64,000 bases of DNA from Oopsacas minuta. Lineage: Eukaryota > Animalia > Porifera. Positions within the stretch are counted from its first letter, which is position 1. Each line of letters opens with the position of its first letter. The notes under the pieces were generated by a model. It worked only from the letters and a program-made list of their open reading frames with translations, did not search any database and was not told where the DNA came from. The position numbers were made by a program, and so were the translations under genes. This document shows, in pieces, positions 48,866-59,419 of this stretch. Location of the stretch: the NCBI GenBank assembly GCA_024704765.1, contig JAKMXF010000222.1:124001-188000 (forward strand), read 5' to 3'.

Positions 48866-49843
48866 TTAACGAATCCCCAGTACTCCAGACTCCATCAATT
48901 TTGAGATCTTCCCAGCTATTTCCGGATTTTGGAGATGATCTCTCAATGATTCAGGATTAGTTTGCATTTGCTGTAAGATCATCTGCATAGCTGGATCAGA
49001 TAATATCTTCTGAACTTCTGGGTCTTTCATTGCGTTTTTTCGCCTTTCCTCTGGAGTCTCTTGTGTTAAGATATTATTCAGGCCAGTGTTCGCGTCTTTC
49101 GAATTAGGATCAATTTCTAATGCACGTTCATATGCCTCTCTTGCATTGCCATATTGCTTCATAGCCAAATGACAACCTCCTTTTCGTATATAACCTTTGA
49201 CAAATGTCGGATCTAGCTTTATACAGGTATTACAATCCGTCAGAGCTAAGCCGAATTCAGCTAATTTCGTGTAACACGCTGCCCTATTGGAGTAAATCTT
49301 TGCATCTTCTGGATTACGTTTAATCGCTTCGGAATACTTTTTTAAAGCTTCAGGGTATTTGCCTTCCATGAAGAGTTTATTTCCCGAAGCCTTCTCCTCC
49401 GCTGCTATCTCCGGGTTGATATAAGCAACCCGTTCCAGCTCTTTGGCCTTTGTTTGTACCATCTGCTTCCTTTTTATTACGTCTGGGTTTCGAAATTCCG
49501 TTATTGATTTATCCAAGAATTTTAACGCGTTTTCGAAATCTTCCTTCTTCTCGTAAGCATTTCCTAATCTTTGATAAGCTCTTGCAATGACTTTAAAATC
49601 AACCCTGACGTCACGACCCTTCTCAATAGCTTCATTACACAATGCAATGCATTCATCAATTTTTTCCTGTTCTAGAAATACAGCAGCCTTATTACATAAT
49701 ACAGTTATATTAGTTCTATCCAATTCGTAAGCCTGGTCGTAATGAGCAATTGCTACGTCAAAATCTCTCTTAGTGTATGCTTTATTTCCCTTTTCTTTCT
49801 CAATATCTGATGCTTTTCTATTACCTGGATTCGCTTCTGCCAT
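48866..49843 (-). CDS. STIP1: Hsp70/Hsp90-organizing protein HOP/STI1, short form (TPR2A-TPR2B-DP2 only)
   Basis: EKEKGNKAY, AYINPEIAAEEKASGN, YSNRAACYTKL, DPEVQKILSDPAMQMILQQMQ. Confidence 0.93.
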   Translation of the reverse strand: MAEANPGNRKASDIEKEKGNKAYTKRDFDVAIAHYDQAYELDRTNITVLCNKAAVFLEQEKIDECIALCNEAIEKGRDVRVDFKVIARAYQRLGNAYEKKEDFENALKFLDKSITEFRNPDVIKRKQMVQTKAKELERVAYINPEIAAEEKASGNKLFMEGKYPEALKKYSEAIKRNPEDAKIYSNRAACYTKLAEFGLALTDCNTCIKLDPTFVKGYIRKGGCHLAMKQYGNAREAYERALEIDPNSKDANTGLNNILTQETPEERRKNAMKDPEVQKILSDPAMQMILQQMQTNPESLRDHLQNPEIAGKISKLMESGVLGIR

Positions 49844-50102
49844 TTGTGAATTTCAATCGATACGTTTTGTAAATAAATAAGCCCTAATCCTATCTAGCTG
49901 TTTTAAATACTATTACTATAATAGAGTGATAGAATATTCTAGAATTTTCGTTGGCCACATTTATCCACTGTACTAATTTAGAATATTCTAGAACACCATT
50001 TGATAATTAATTCATTGCAGTCAAATTCATTACAAAATAAATGAAGTCTAAATAATACAATTTGACTATTAAAATTGTTCTAAAAGAGAAATTTTCTAAA
50101 TT

Positions 50103-51832
50103 TCAAACACTGATAGTTTTGAAAATATTGAATCCGCTTTCAGCAGTGCTAATCATAATTCCTGGTAACTGTGAATGCCAATGTATTTCTTTAATTTGTT
50201 TCTGACCTTTGTGCACGAATAATAGCTGAGGTGGTATACTGGTATCCTCGTCCATAGTACTATCAGTGACGTCACGTTCTGCAGATAAATCCCATTGTGT
50301 TATCTGGTTGTCTTCACCACTACCAGCAAACACAGGTGAATCCGATGGATGCCATTCGACCGACGTGATAGGACCGGAATGTTGCTTAAATAGTGCAGCA
50401 CAAGTTCCGTCACTAATTTTTCTCAAATCCCATACCTTTAACATTCCATCATCTCCACCACTCACTATAAACGGTTGTATTCTATTCCAAGTAATAACAT
50501 TAACATCTACGTCATGTGCTTGTGTAGTCAGCATACAAGCTTTATGCGGAGCAGCTCTAATATCCCACACACGAATAGTACCATCACAACTGCAAGAAGC
50601 GAATACAGTATCTTCATTCGGGCTCCATTGTAAATCCTCTACACTTTTAATATGCGCTGTGTATGGACGTTGATCTACATGCCAACCGCCCTCAATCGGT
50701 TGCCATAGATGTATATTTTTATTACAGTCACCTGTTAATAATCTACCTGGTACATTTCGCGACCAATCCATTGCGAAACCTTCACATTGATGGCCTGCGA
50801 AACTAAAAATCGGCTCGCATTTAATTCGTTCATCTGTCGGACCGGAAACGGAGGCTTGAATTGCCGCGAAATGTTTATCAAACTCATATATACTAACAAC
50901 ACCTAAATCCGACCATGTACTGACAATACATTTACTAGGGATATGTGAGTAACGTAGTCGATTAACACCACCATTATGAGCAATATTAATATTATCTAAT
51001 TCTGGCTTATCATCATAGTACTCGGATTCTTGTGAGGAATCACTGTCATTTTCATTTTCTTGGGTTCTCACTAGATTGTGTAGTTTCATTATTATAATAC
51101 TGTTTAGTGTGGGTAGAGTGGAGCTTGTGGTACCTACAATGATATGACATTAACATTCATGCAATCATTCAATATAGCATCTTTATATGGAGTTTATTAA
51201 CTTCCTTAAAAGGAATTTATTTCTATGTTTACTTGAAATATAATAGAATAAATGCACACTCAAATAAATACTTCCAGTAATTGAGCTCTAACAAGTATTT
51301 TGAATGAAATTTGGCTATGTTTTCACCATAATTTTATCTCTTCAACACATAAGTTTATATGAAAATTATATAGCTAACTAGTAGCTACAAATTTTGTGTA
51401 AAAATAGCCTTATGGACCATGAATATTCATTATCCATTATAACTACAGTCAAGTCCCGTTTTATTGAACACAGTTATATCGAATACCCGCTTATGTGGAA
51501 GTCCGAAATTGTACAAATATAGTCCCAAACATAATTTATACCGGTTATATCGAAGTAATTATCACGGTCCCTTGAACTACGATATAACAGGAGTTGAGTG
51601 TGCTATATTAACATAAACCTGCGGCTAAATACACTGTAAGTGGGTATTCTATTCCAGCGGGGATAGATGGGTTAGGAATGACGTCAAATGTCAGACATGG
51701 TATTCCTGTCTGCATAGCATGGTACAGTTCATAAGCTGAACTGTCATATGCCAACTCTTCATCTGATGAGTTTTCAGGTTTGCTTTGTTCCATAGCAACA
51801 GGAGGTGTTTGTGGAATGTTAGCTTCTGCCAT
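50103..51832 (-). CDS. GRWD1: Glutamate-rich WD repeat protein 1; two exons, MITE in the intron
   Basis: YDSSAYELYHAMQTGIPCLTFD, HNGGVNRLR, EGFAMDWS, SVEDLQWSPNE, PPQLLFVH. Confidence 0.93.
51443..51602. mobile_element. Family B MITE in the GRWD1 intron
   Basis: tacagtcaagtcccg...cgaagtaattatcacggtcccttgaactacgatataacaggagttgagtgt. Confidence 0.78.
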
Positions 51833-52144
51833 TTTAGAGTTTCTCTCTGTGAATTTGCTCTAAAAATGATTTAATATTGCGAGCATAAAGCTATCTCCAG
51901 TAATAGTGAAACTTCCACAAACGGGCCTGTGGAAACGGAGTGAAAAATAAAGATTCACATAGTATAAAGCCGAGCAAAAATAGTATTCAAGCACTACCAA
52001 CCTCATACGTACACAACTATTAATAACATGTTAATATTAATTATAATATAATAATAATACTGACTTTTACATTCTTGTAAAATCATTACAATATCACATG
52101 ATAAAATGAAAACGGCTAAGCTAATCAACCACAAGCACAGTTCT

Positions 52145-52822
52145 TCAATTTTTATCAGTGACGTCATCTTCATTATTATTTTCCTGTTTGATAATTGAGC
52201 TAATTTCAACTGGGATCGTTAAACTGTCCATTGTCAATAAATCATACTTCAGGGCAAATTTTGTGAAACGTAAACACATTTTAGTTTGGGATTCGTATTT
52301 ATCAAAAACTTCGCGATGTCTATAATAAGCATGCCCGAATATTCTATAAAGTCTCCGAGCGGTTGACTCAAGTCGTTGCATTGAACCGGATTTAACTGTG
52401 ACACGACTTGGAAATAGTTTAGTGTTATTTAGTATACTACATGAACCGTCTAGTGTGTGTAGTATGTAGTCAATAGCTGAACATTCTTTCGGTTTTTTAT
52501 GCACTGCACATAGATATACCTCATCACCATCTGCTTGCATATTTACACATTGTGTGGGTATACAACATGACTGTAAATGAACTGATAATGCATTTAGCTG
52601 TAGACAAATTTGTCTCATGTGTTCATATACCCAAAGGTTCTCTTCTACACCATTCGGACATTCAATCATTTTGTCAATATCATTCGGTTGTTCTCGAATC
52701 ATTTCTTGAAGGTATAATTGAGCTGTAAGAACAGTGTCAAGTTCTAAAGCATTGTATTGCCTCCAAAGGTAAAGATCTTCCTTCTTAGAACCTCTTCTAT
52801 TTCGGAGAAATGATTCAGCCAT
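52145..52822 (-). CDS. MOB4: MOB family member 4 (phocein)
   Basis: WVYEHMRQICLQLN, YLCAVHKKPKECSAIDYILHTLDG, RRLYRIFGHAY. Confidence 0.93.
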   Translation of the reverse strand: MAESFLRNRRGSKKEDLYLWRQYNALELDTVLTAQLYLQEMIREQPNDIDKMIECPNGVEENLWVYEHMRQICLQLNALSVHLQSCCIPTQCVNMQADGDEVYLCAVHKKPKECSAIDYILHTLDGSCSILNNTKLFPSRVTVKSGSMQRLESTARRLYRIFGHAYYRHREVFDKYESQTKMCLRFTKFALKYDLLTMDSLTIPVEISSIIKQENNNEDDVTDKN

Positions 52823-53127
52823 GAAAAGTGATATTAAAACTCCCCCTAAGTCGTTTCTAATTATATATAATGAACAAAATTAATCCAACTCAACAAACTA
52901 TCAATTGTACAAATATATCTGTAGAGATCTGAAACTAGATCTTTATAATCAATTTTCTTAATAGAATAGGAAGTCTTTATACCACTGTTATACTATAGGT
53001 ATAGGAATATGCCTTATACGTAACCGTATTGGTAAAGTGAGAATACTAGAACTCGGCTTAAGACGTACGTATTTTTCTTCAAAACGGATTTTCTATTCAT
53101 GTACTAATTATATAGGAGGAGGAATAA

Positions 53128-53245
53128 TACAGTCAAATCCAGTTATATCGAAGCTCAAGGGACCGCGATAATTACTTCGATATAACAGATTAAAGATATG
53201 TTACTTTTACGGTTTTGGATCATAATCGTACAATCTAAGACTTCT
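53128..53245. mobile_element. Family B MITE, partial, between TilS and MOB4
   Basis: tacagtcaaatccagttatatcgaagctcaagggaccgcgataattacttcgatataac. Confidence 0.75.
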
Positions 53246-53326
53246 ACATAAGTTTGATAAAATAATCATAATTAAGTGATATTTTGCAAATTACCTAAAG
53301 TAAAGATTTCTAATAGAAATTTTGAG

Positions 53327-54730
53327 CTAAAAATCCATATGAAATTCATCATCAGCCACGTACTTTCTTCGTCTTTCAAATTTCTTACTTTTACGTAGAG
53401 TATGCATTGAACGAGGATGCGGCACAAACTTGCATTCACATACAGCATTCACGTTGTAATCTCTATAGAAGAAATGCGGCATATAAACGATCGTATCAGC
53501 TTTGTCCACGATTATAGGTAGGGAAAATCTATAGTGTATAACTGGTAGTTTCGTAGCTTTAATTCTCCGAACAGCCCTGAATACGAATTTCTGTTCTCTG
53601 GGAGATAATGAACGTATAATATAAGTCTCGTCACTGTCTGGTGTATCCATGTCTTGTTTCTTTAAAGATATTTCAAAGCGATTGTCCCAAAGCTTAGTCT
53701 CACCTATTTTAATGTTGGTTTTTTCAAGGCAACGTGTTTTGCCAATACTGATTACACCAGAGCTGCGATCTATTGTAGCGATCACATCGGATGTAATAGT
53801 CGTTTTCTGAATAGGTTTCTCAATATTTGGATGGAACAGATTTCTATAAACACGCGCCGCACCAATTTTTAGAAAATGTTTAGATCCGTGAATCAAACAG
53901 CTGGAAAGATGTGTAAATATTCGAAGAATAATTGGGTGAGGTAATTTCGAAATAGTAGAAACTGGACAGTAGTAATAACCATATTCAGGTTCCAATACCA
54001 AATGTGTTCTGAGAAATTCATTTACTTGGTTCTGTGTTTCGTGTGTAAAATTTTTTAGAAAAAATATCCCATTACTGATATCAGTAGCTAACACTGGATT
54101 ATGTGCAAGGATATGTCTTAAACAATTGCGAGTAAAAAGTGGAGAAAAGTTGGAATAATCTGTCACCCAATTGACTTTCTTTTCCTTACAAATTTCTTGG
54201 AGACTTTTCTTGGTTTCATTCAAGAATGGTCGGAGGATATAGATATTAGGATGCGTTTTAAAAGTTGTTTTAGGCTCCATCCCTTTCATACCATTCAAAC
54301 TACTTCCCATTTGGAAACGATGTAAAACTGTCTCCATTTGATCGAATAAATGATGAGCTGTGAGTAGGATTTTAACATTATTGTCATTACAATAATCGAG
54401 CAAAAGTTTATATCTTTCTTCCCTACATCTATGCTCAATTTTGTTAGTTGTAGGTTGCTCGTTGTGCCAGTCAATCTTCAAACAACGATGCAAATTAAAA
54501 TTATTGTTTTCAAGTATTTTTGTAACCAGGACAGCTTCTTCACTGCAGTGAGGTCGAATTTGATGATCAATCGTCAGCGCATGGATACAATTCGGTTTGA
54601 AATATGATTGACTTACAAATGCTAATGCTAAGCTATCACAACCGCCAGATACAGATACTGCTACGTGATCCACTGGTCGTACAGCTTGTCTTGTCATGAA
54701 GCTTGTAAATGCTTGTAGCAGTCGCTGCAT
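53327..54730 (-). CDS. tilS: tRNA(Ile)-lysidine synthetase TilS-like, probably mitochondrial
   Basis: PP-loop VSVSGGCDS, CREERY, LTAHHLFDQMET, LRPFL, WVTDYSN and RNCLRH motifs; basic targeting-like N-terminus. Confidence 0.88.
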   Translation of the reverse strand: MQRLLQAFTSFMTRQAVRPVDHVAVSVSGGCDSLALAFVSQSYFKPNCIHALTIDHQIRPHCSEEAVLVTKILENNNFNLHRCLKIDWHNEQPTTNKIEHRCREERYKLLLDYCNDNNVKILLTAHHLFDQMETVLHRFQMGSSLNGMKGMEPKTTFKTHPNIYILRPFLNETKKSLQEICKEKKVNWVTDYSNFSPLFTRNCLRHILAHNPVLATDISNGIFFLKNFTHETQNQVNEFLRTHLVLEPEYGYYYCPVSTISKLPHPIILRIFTHLSSCLIHGSKHFLKIGAARVYRNLFHPNIEKPIQKTTITSDVIATIDRSSGVISIGKTRCLEKTNIKIGETKLWDNRFEISLKKQDMDTPDSDETYIIRSLSPREQKFVFRAVRRIKATKLPVIHYRFSLPIIVDKADTIVYMPHFFYRDYNVNAVCECKFVPHPRSMHTLRKSKKFERRRKYVADDEFHMDF

Positions 54731-55004
54731 TTTGCTACAAAACAATTATAATTAATATCGTAAATAATTCATTTTCATATTTTTGAGAGTTCTCTCGTAT
54801 GTACTTTTACACAGTAAAGCAGATTTTAGTGCTAACATACGAAGTTAATTGGTAAATAAAGTTCCATAACTTTGTAATACATAATTACAATAGAAAAGAG
54901 CGAATTAATCTTTAAACACAAATGTAAAACTCTTCAAGCATAAAATCCAAATAATTTTTAATAAGGACAAAATAGCAAATAAATAAGACACAATCAGTAA
55001 TTAT

Positions 55005-55400
55005 TCATTTCTTCTTCGTTTCATCAATTTCAATCTTCTTAACATAATTTCCTGGGAAAACTCCACTCAACTTAGTCTCCATATTTTTCCCACGGTACCA
55101 CCCATCTATCATTATCTCTGTTACCGACACAATCTGCCCTGTTTTCAATGCAATTTCATCTTCACTTGAAGGTGCGAAATCAAAAACAACTTCATATAAT
55201 TCACGTATTTTATCAGGCGCGCCTAAAAAACTTATTTGTTTCCCTTTAGTTTTTCCTGAATCCTGATGTACACAAACCAATACACTTCCATCTGAATGCT
55301 TCACGAATTGTGTATTAGTTACTTTTTCTAACAAAGTCTTTGGGGCTTTCGGATCTCCCTCAGCGCTTGCCTGACCTACTGAGTCTTTTTCCGCACTCAT
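55005..55400 (-). CDS. Small SH3-domain protein
   Basis: YEVVFDFAPSSEDEIALKTGQIVSV...DGWYRG...GVFPGNYV is a canonical SH3 domain. Confidence 0.85.
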   Translation of the reverse strand: MSAEKDSVGQASAEGDPKAPKTLLEKVTNTQFVKHSDGSVLVCVHQDSGKTKGKQISFLGAPDKIRELYEVVFDFAPSSEDEIALKTGQIVSVTEIMIDGWYRGKNMETKLSGVFPGNYVKKIEIDETKKK

Positions 55401-55857
55401 TGTAATAACAATCTTATTTTTACACAAAAACAAATGAGTCAATTTATGTCTATTTTGTACATTAGCCTATGGAATTTTTTCAAGGATTCGAACATGTAAT
55501 AAGGAATTGTATGAAGACTTACATTGTAATACACACACACAGTAAATAAGCCATATACATTATGTGCAATTCATTGATAAAATGAATTATCATGGCGAAC
55601 CAATTGACCCATAAAACGGACATAAAATAGTGTTAATTATTGGTTGAATTCATCCGCTCTAGTCAAGAGTAATCCGTCAATAGCGGAAAATAACTCGCTG
55701 AGTACCTGTATATAACCTAATGATTCACACTGTAATCAATTGCCGTTAATGTAGAAATTCTATATAATAAATATTAAAATATTTAGATTAATATAAAAAG
55801 GAAAATAAGAGTAAATACAAATAGAATAACAATTAATTATGCCTAGAAGTGAGCAGG

Positions 55858-58800
55858 TTACAGTAGTATAGAGCTGTCAGTGCTTTCATGTGTTGATTTA
55901 GCTCTCCTTGGTGTAACCTCATATACCCAGCATTTATCAGGTAGATACCCATTCCAAGCTAACCAATCTATGAACTCATTCAGCTTCAAATAACCCGTAG
56001 CTTTGTATTGGAAAATTTTCTCTAATTCCTCCAATAAATCAGTAAACACTTCTTTCATACGAAGTAAGCTAATTGTTTCGGTTAAAAGGTCTTTGAGTTG
56101 ATTTGAGTCAACTTTTCCTGGTGAACTCTGAAACTTTACAAATAAACTTGATATTTTCTGTCTATGTCTAAGAGCCTGATCATCTAAAAGAAATAACCAA
56201 CTTCTCTTACAATTACTCCACCAAGAAATAAAATGCTTAAAAGTGAATGCTTGATCTGCACCGATCATTGCTTTCGCAGATATAATCTCTTCCGTTACAA
56301 TCTCACAGCCTAATTTGTAGCATAATTCGTGTATATCAATATTCTGGCTAGTGCCATGTTCTTCAATATGTGCGAAAAACACAGCCTGAGCTAAGAATAT
56401 CTTCTTATCTGCGAAATTTGACACATTACCCTCGGTGAAATCCTTTCGTCTCGCTACTTCCTCATTAAAACGTATTTGCCAATTTTTCACATCCTTTTGG
56501 TCTACTGGCTTATATCGCCCCCAAATCCTCGAATCCTGCGTACTAGCCTGGAGAATATCTTTCTGTGAAGTAAGCACATGATCAACAAACTCTGTAGCTA
56601 ACTTGTCAATAATACTAGCCTGTTTGGTGCGTATAACTAACGAAGCATCTGGTCGTACAAGGATTAGCTCAGATTTTTCCTGTGAGCTATCCCAATCAAC
56701 TTCTGAATATGACAATGTTTGTACTCCTTTTACAGAATCGTCACGTATTAAATGGAAACCCAACTCGTTCAAACCTAAGATAATAGGAACATTGCTAGTA
56801 GGTTTACGAATTGAACCGTGAAAAAACGATGCACCGTAATATGACCATTGCCAGCATACTTGTAAATAACCGCGAATTATCTCAGATCGTGTACAATCAA
56901 TAAATTCGTTCGACAACTTTTCATACATTTTGAACAGTTCACTCTCAAGTTTATCACTTGGAAATGCCTTAATAAATCGACTAGGAAGTATCCTATTCAT
57001 TTCCTTCTTCAAAGAGCCAGTGTAGTGCTCGTCAGCTTTATAAACCCCTAAACTAATTAACAAACGAAAAGAAGCAAGCCTTATGGCCTCAGAAATACTA
57101 CATATATAACGGCCACTAATCACATGCTTGAATGCATCCCAATATAGGAATTCTAGTACAATTGAGTTATCACAAGCTTTCTCGTTATCAACAGGGAGGA
57201 ATAGATTACGGCGAAAGAATATACCGGGATGTTCGGTATCTGGATTCTCAGAAAATACACGCGAAATTCCTTTGAATTTTGACAGCACTTGTAATGGCTT
57301 ATCAGATGGTAACAGTTGGATATGTATAGAGGAAGATTCTAACCAAATTGCGAAAAAATCGATTGCTTCATCTTTCGGTAAATCAAGTTTCTCATATAAA
57401 TCATATAGGATATCATCTACAATCGTTTGCTTACCGAAAGGTAACACTAACATCTGGCTATTCCCATCCATAAAGTTAACTTGAACCTGTGAAGAAGCGC
57501 GATTTGTCATTGTCATATATCGTTGGTTTTTCTTCCTCTGTCTAGCAACTTCGACTCTATTCTTCCCTTGTATATACGATACATAAGCTTCGTTAGCAGC
57601 CAGTCTGTATGCTTCAATCAAATTTCGTGCATTCGCTTCTAACAACTTCACTACAACCTCCCAGTCATTCTCTCTAACCTCTTTACAACATTCCAACGCG
57701 GTCTTACCATCGCTATTCACAGCGCTACGGTTTAGGTCACGATACTGCAGTAGGAAAGCCACGATAGCAGCGTGTCCATTCATAGCTGCAAAATGTAACA
57801 CTGTAGAACCGTTATTAGTCGCGATATCCACACCAGCATAACCTACTTGCACTAATAACTTTACAGTAGAAGTATGGCCATGCCAGCATGCATAATGCAA
57901 AGCTGTCCATGATTCAGAATCTAACTCATTGACCTTATAACCGTGATGTAATAGATTCCTTACACTATCTTCATTACCTTGACAAGCAGATCTATGCAGA
58001 GGGAATTTCTCTAGCCAAGATCCTTTAGCTGATTCCAGCAATTGACTTGTACTCTCTACTGATAGTACAACATTCTCTCCTACATTTTCGTAGTCAGGCA
58101 TGATCTTATTAAAGCCTGGATTTATAACACAATGAGCTACATTACGTCCGAATAACAGGCCGGATTTGAAGAGAGGGTTCAGTAGAGTCCAATTAGCTGG
58201 TATATAGTCCTGTAGATTCTGTTCAAATAAGCGATCTTCGTCTGTTGGAGTTTGTGAAACTCGTGAAATTTCACCAGTAGCAGATCGACTCATCCGCGAG
58301 AGCAAATCCGCATCAAACTGTGGGTTACGAATTGACATTTTGACACGTGACAATGCAGGCTTCGCGAAAATAATCGGTAAAGCTTGTGCGACTGCATGCT
58401 GCTGGCGTAACCACCTATCTAAACTACTAATCATTTCTCTGACACGGCCTAGAATCGGTATTTCTTCAGAATACATACCTCTAAGAATTTCATGGAAATT
58501 CTTGAAACAAGGATAATGATGTGTATTAGGGAAATTATCAATTGCATTAGAGTCAGTGTGAGAAACTGGGATTATGTAAAATGGAATTATCATTGATTCT
58601 GGGGAGACTGGCTTTGGATTCGAGGTGACGTCATCGTCGTAAGCATGTGGCATCTTATCACCTCCATGGATTGAAATGAAAATAGCACGACTCCCTTTTA
58701 TACCCTCCAAATTCGGTTGGCGAGCTCCTTCTAAAGTTGTCAATAATTTTCGTGTGTATTGCTCAAATTCTTCTAGTAATGAATTGTTTGGAGTCAAGTT

Positions 58801-59049
58801 TGGTTTAAGGGTGCAAGCAAACACACCGAAAAAATTCCGCATTGATTCACTAAGGTTTTTAGTGAGTAGAACCTCATAGTCTCTAGGATTATACTCGTTA
58901 GGGCTATCTAAATGTATAGGAAATCTTCTACGTAATAATGTACAGGCTAGCGATACTGATACATTAGATTCCGTAGGTTGTGTTTCAGGGTCTGATTCAG
59001 GATTAGCTTGGGGAGATTCTTGTGGTTCTGCTTGAAACAAAACAGGCAT
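55858..59049 (-). CDS. KRIT1: KRIT1/CCM1 ortholog with C-terminal extension, intronless
   Basis: N-terminal YEVLL and SLDRWLRQQH segments, three NPxF motifs (NPQF, NPLF, NPGF), ankyrin repeats starting FPLHRSACQG, and a FERM domain (WSYYGASFF). Confidence 0.92.
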   Translation of the reverse strand: MPVLFQAEPQESPQANPESDPETQPTESNVSVSLACTLLRRRFPIHLDSPNEYNPRDYEVLLTKNLSESMRNFFGVFACTLKPNLTPNNSLLEEFEQYTRKLLTTLEGARQPNLEGIKGSRAIFISIHGGDKMPHAYDDDVTSNPKPVSPESMIIPFYIIPVSHTDSNAIDNFPNTHHYPCFKNFHEILRGMYSEEIPILGRVREMISSLDRWLRQQHAVAQALPIIFAKPALSRVKMSIRNPQFDADLLSRMSRSATGEISRVSQTPTDEDRLFEQNLQDYIPANWTLLNPLFKSGLLFGRNVAHCVINPGFNKIMPDYENVGENVVLSVESTSQLLESAKGSWLEKFPLHRSACQGNEDSVRNLLHHGYKVNELDSESWTALHYACWHGHTSTVKLLVQVGYAGVDIATNNGSTVLHFAAMNGHAAIVAFLLQYRDLNRSAVNSDGKTALECCKEVRENDWEVVVKLLEANARNLIEAYRLAANEAYVSYIQGKNRVEVARQRKKNQRYMTMTNRASSQVQVNFMDGNSQMLVLPFGKQTIVDDILYDLYEKLDLPKDEAIDFFAIWLESSSIHIQLLPSDKPLQVLSKFKGISRVFSENPDTEHPGIFFRRNLFLPVDNEKACDNSIVLEFLYWDAFKHVISGRYICSISEAIRLASFRLLISLGVYKADEHYTGSLKKEMNRILPSRFIKAFPSDKLESELFKMYEKLSNEFIDCTRSEIIRGYLQVCWQWSYYGASFFHGSIRKPTSNVPIILGLNELGFHLIRDDSVKGVQTLSYSEVDWDSSQEKSELILVRPDASLVIRTKQASIIDKLATEFVDHVLTSQKDILQASTQDSRIWGRYKPVDQKDVKNWQIRFNEEVARRKDFTEGNVSNFADKKIFLAQAVFFAHIEEHGTSQNIDIHELCYKLGCEIVTEEIISAKAMIGADQAFTFKHFISWWSNCKRSWLFLLDDQALRHRQKISSLFVKFQSSPGKVDSNQLKDLLTETISLLRMKEVFTDLLEELEKIFQYKATGYLKLNEFIDWLAWNGYLPDKCWVYEVTPRRAKSTHESTDSSILL

Positions 59050-59076
59050 TCTCTAGCTCTGTTTGGAAGGAAATCT

Positions 59077-59178
59077 ACAGTCAACTCTTTTTGTGTTAAT
59101 TTGACAGTTGGGACCATATTTGTTTAATATTAGGCTTCGATATAAGCGGGTGTTTCGATATGACAGGAGTTTACTGTA
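59077..59178. mobile_element. Family B MITE, deleted copy just upstream of KRIT1
   Basis: tacagtcaactc...gggaccatatttgt...cgatataagcgggt...ggagtttactgta. Confidence 0.72.
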
Positions 59179-59419
59179 ATACACAACGTATACGTATATC
59201 GGTGATTTACATATTTTACCACAAGAAAATGCGAATTTTTAGTGCCTAGAGAATATATCATAAACTGAACAACAAATAACAAAATCATTTGTTTACCTAA
59301 AAAGAAATACATGTCAATTCAGGAGTACAGTTTCAAACAATCCTGTCTCATAATACTAAAACTGAGCAATAATTGAGCCTAATTGAATTGAATTGATAAT
59401 ATTTACAAATATATTGTAT

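Noticed and set aside
53327-54730. TilS as bacterial contamination or recent horizontal transfer
   Set aside because: Embedded co-directionally among eukaryotic genes with similar AT content, a YAG-ATG start context and a targeting-like N-terminus; a mitochondrial-type TilS is the simpler explanation.
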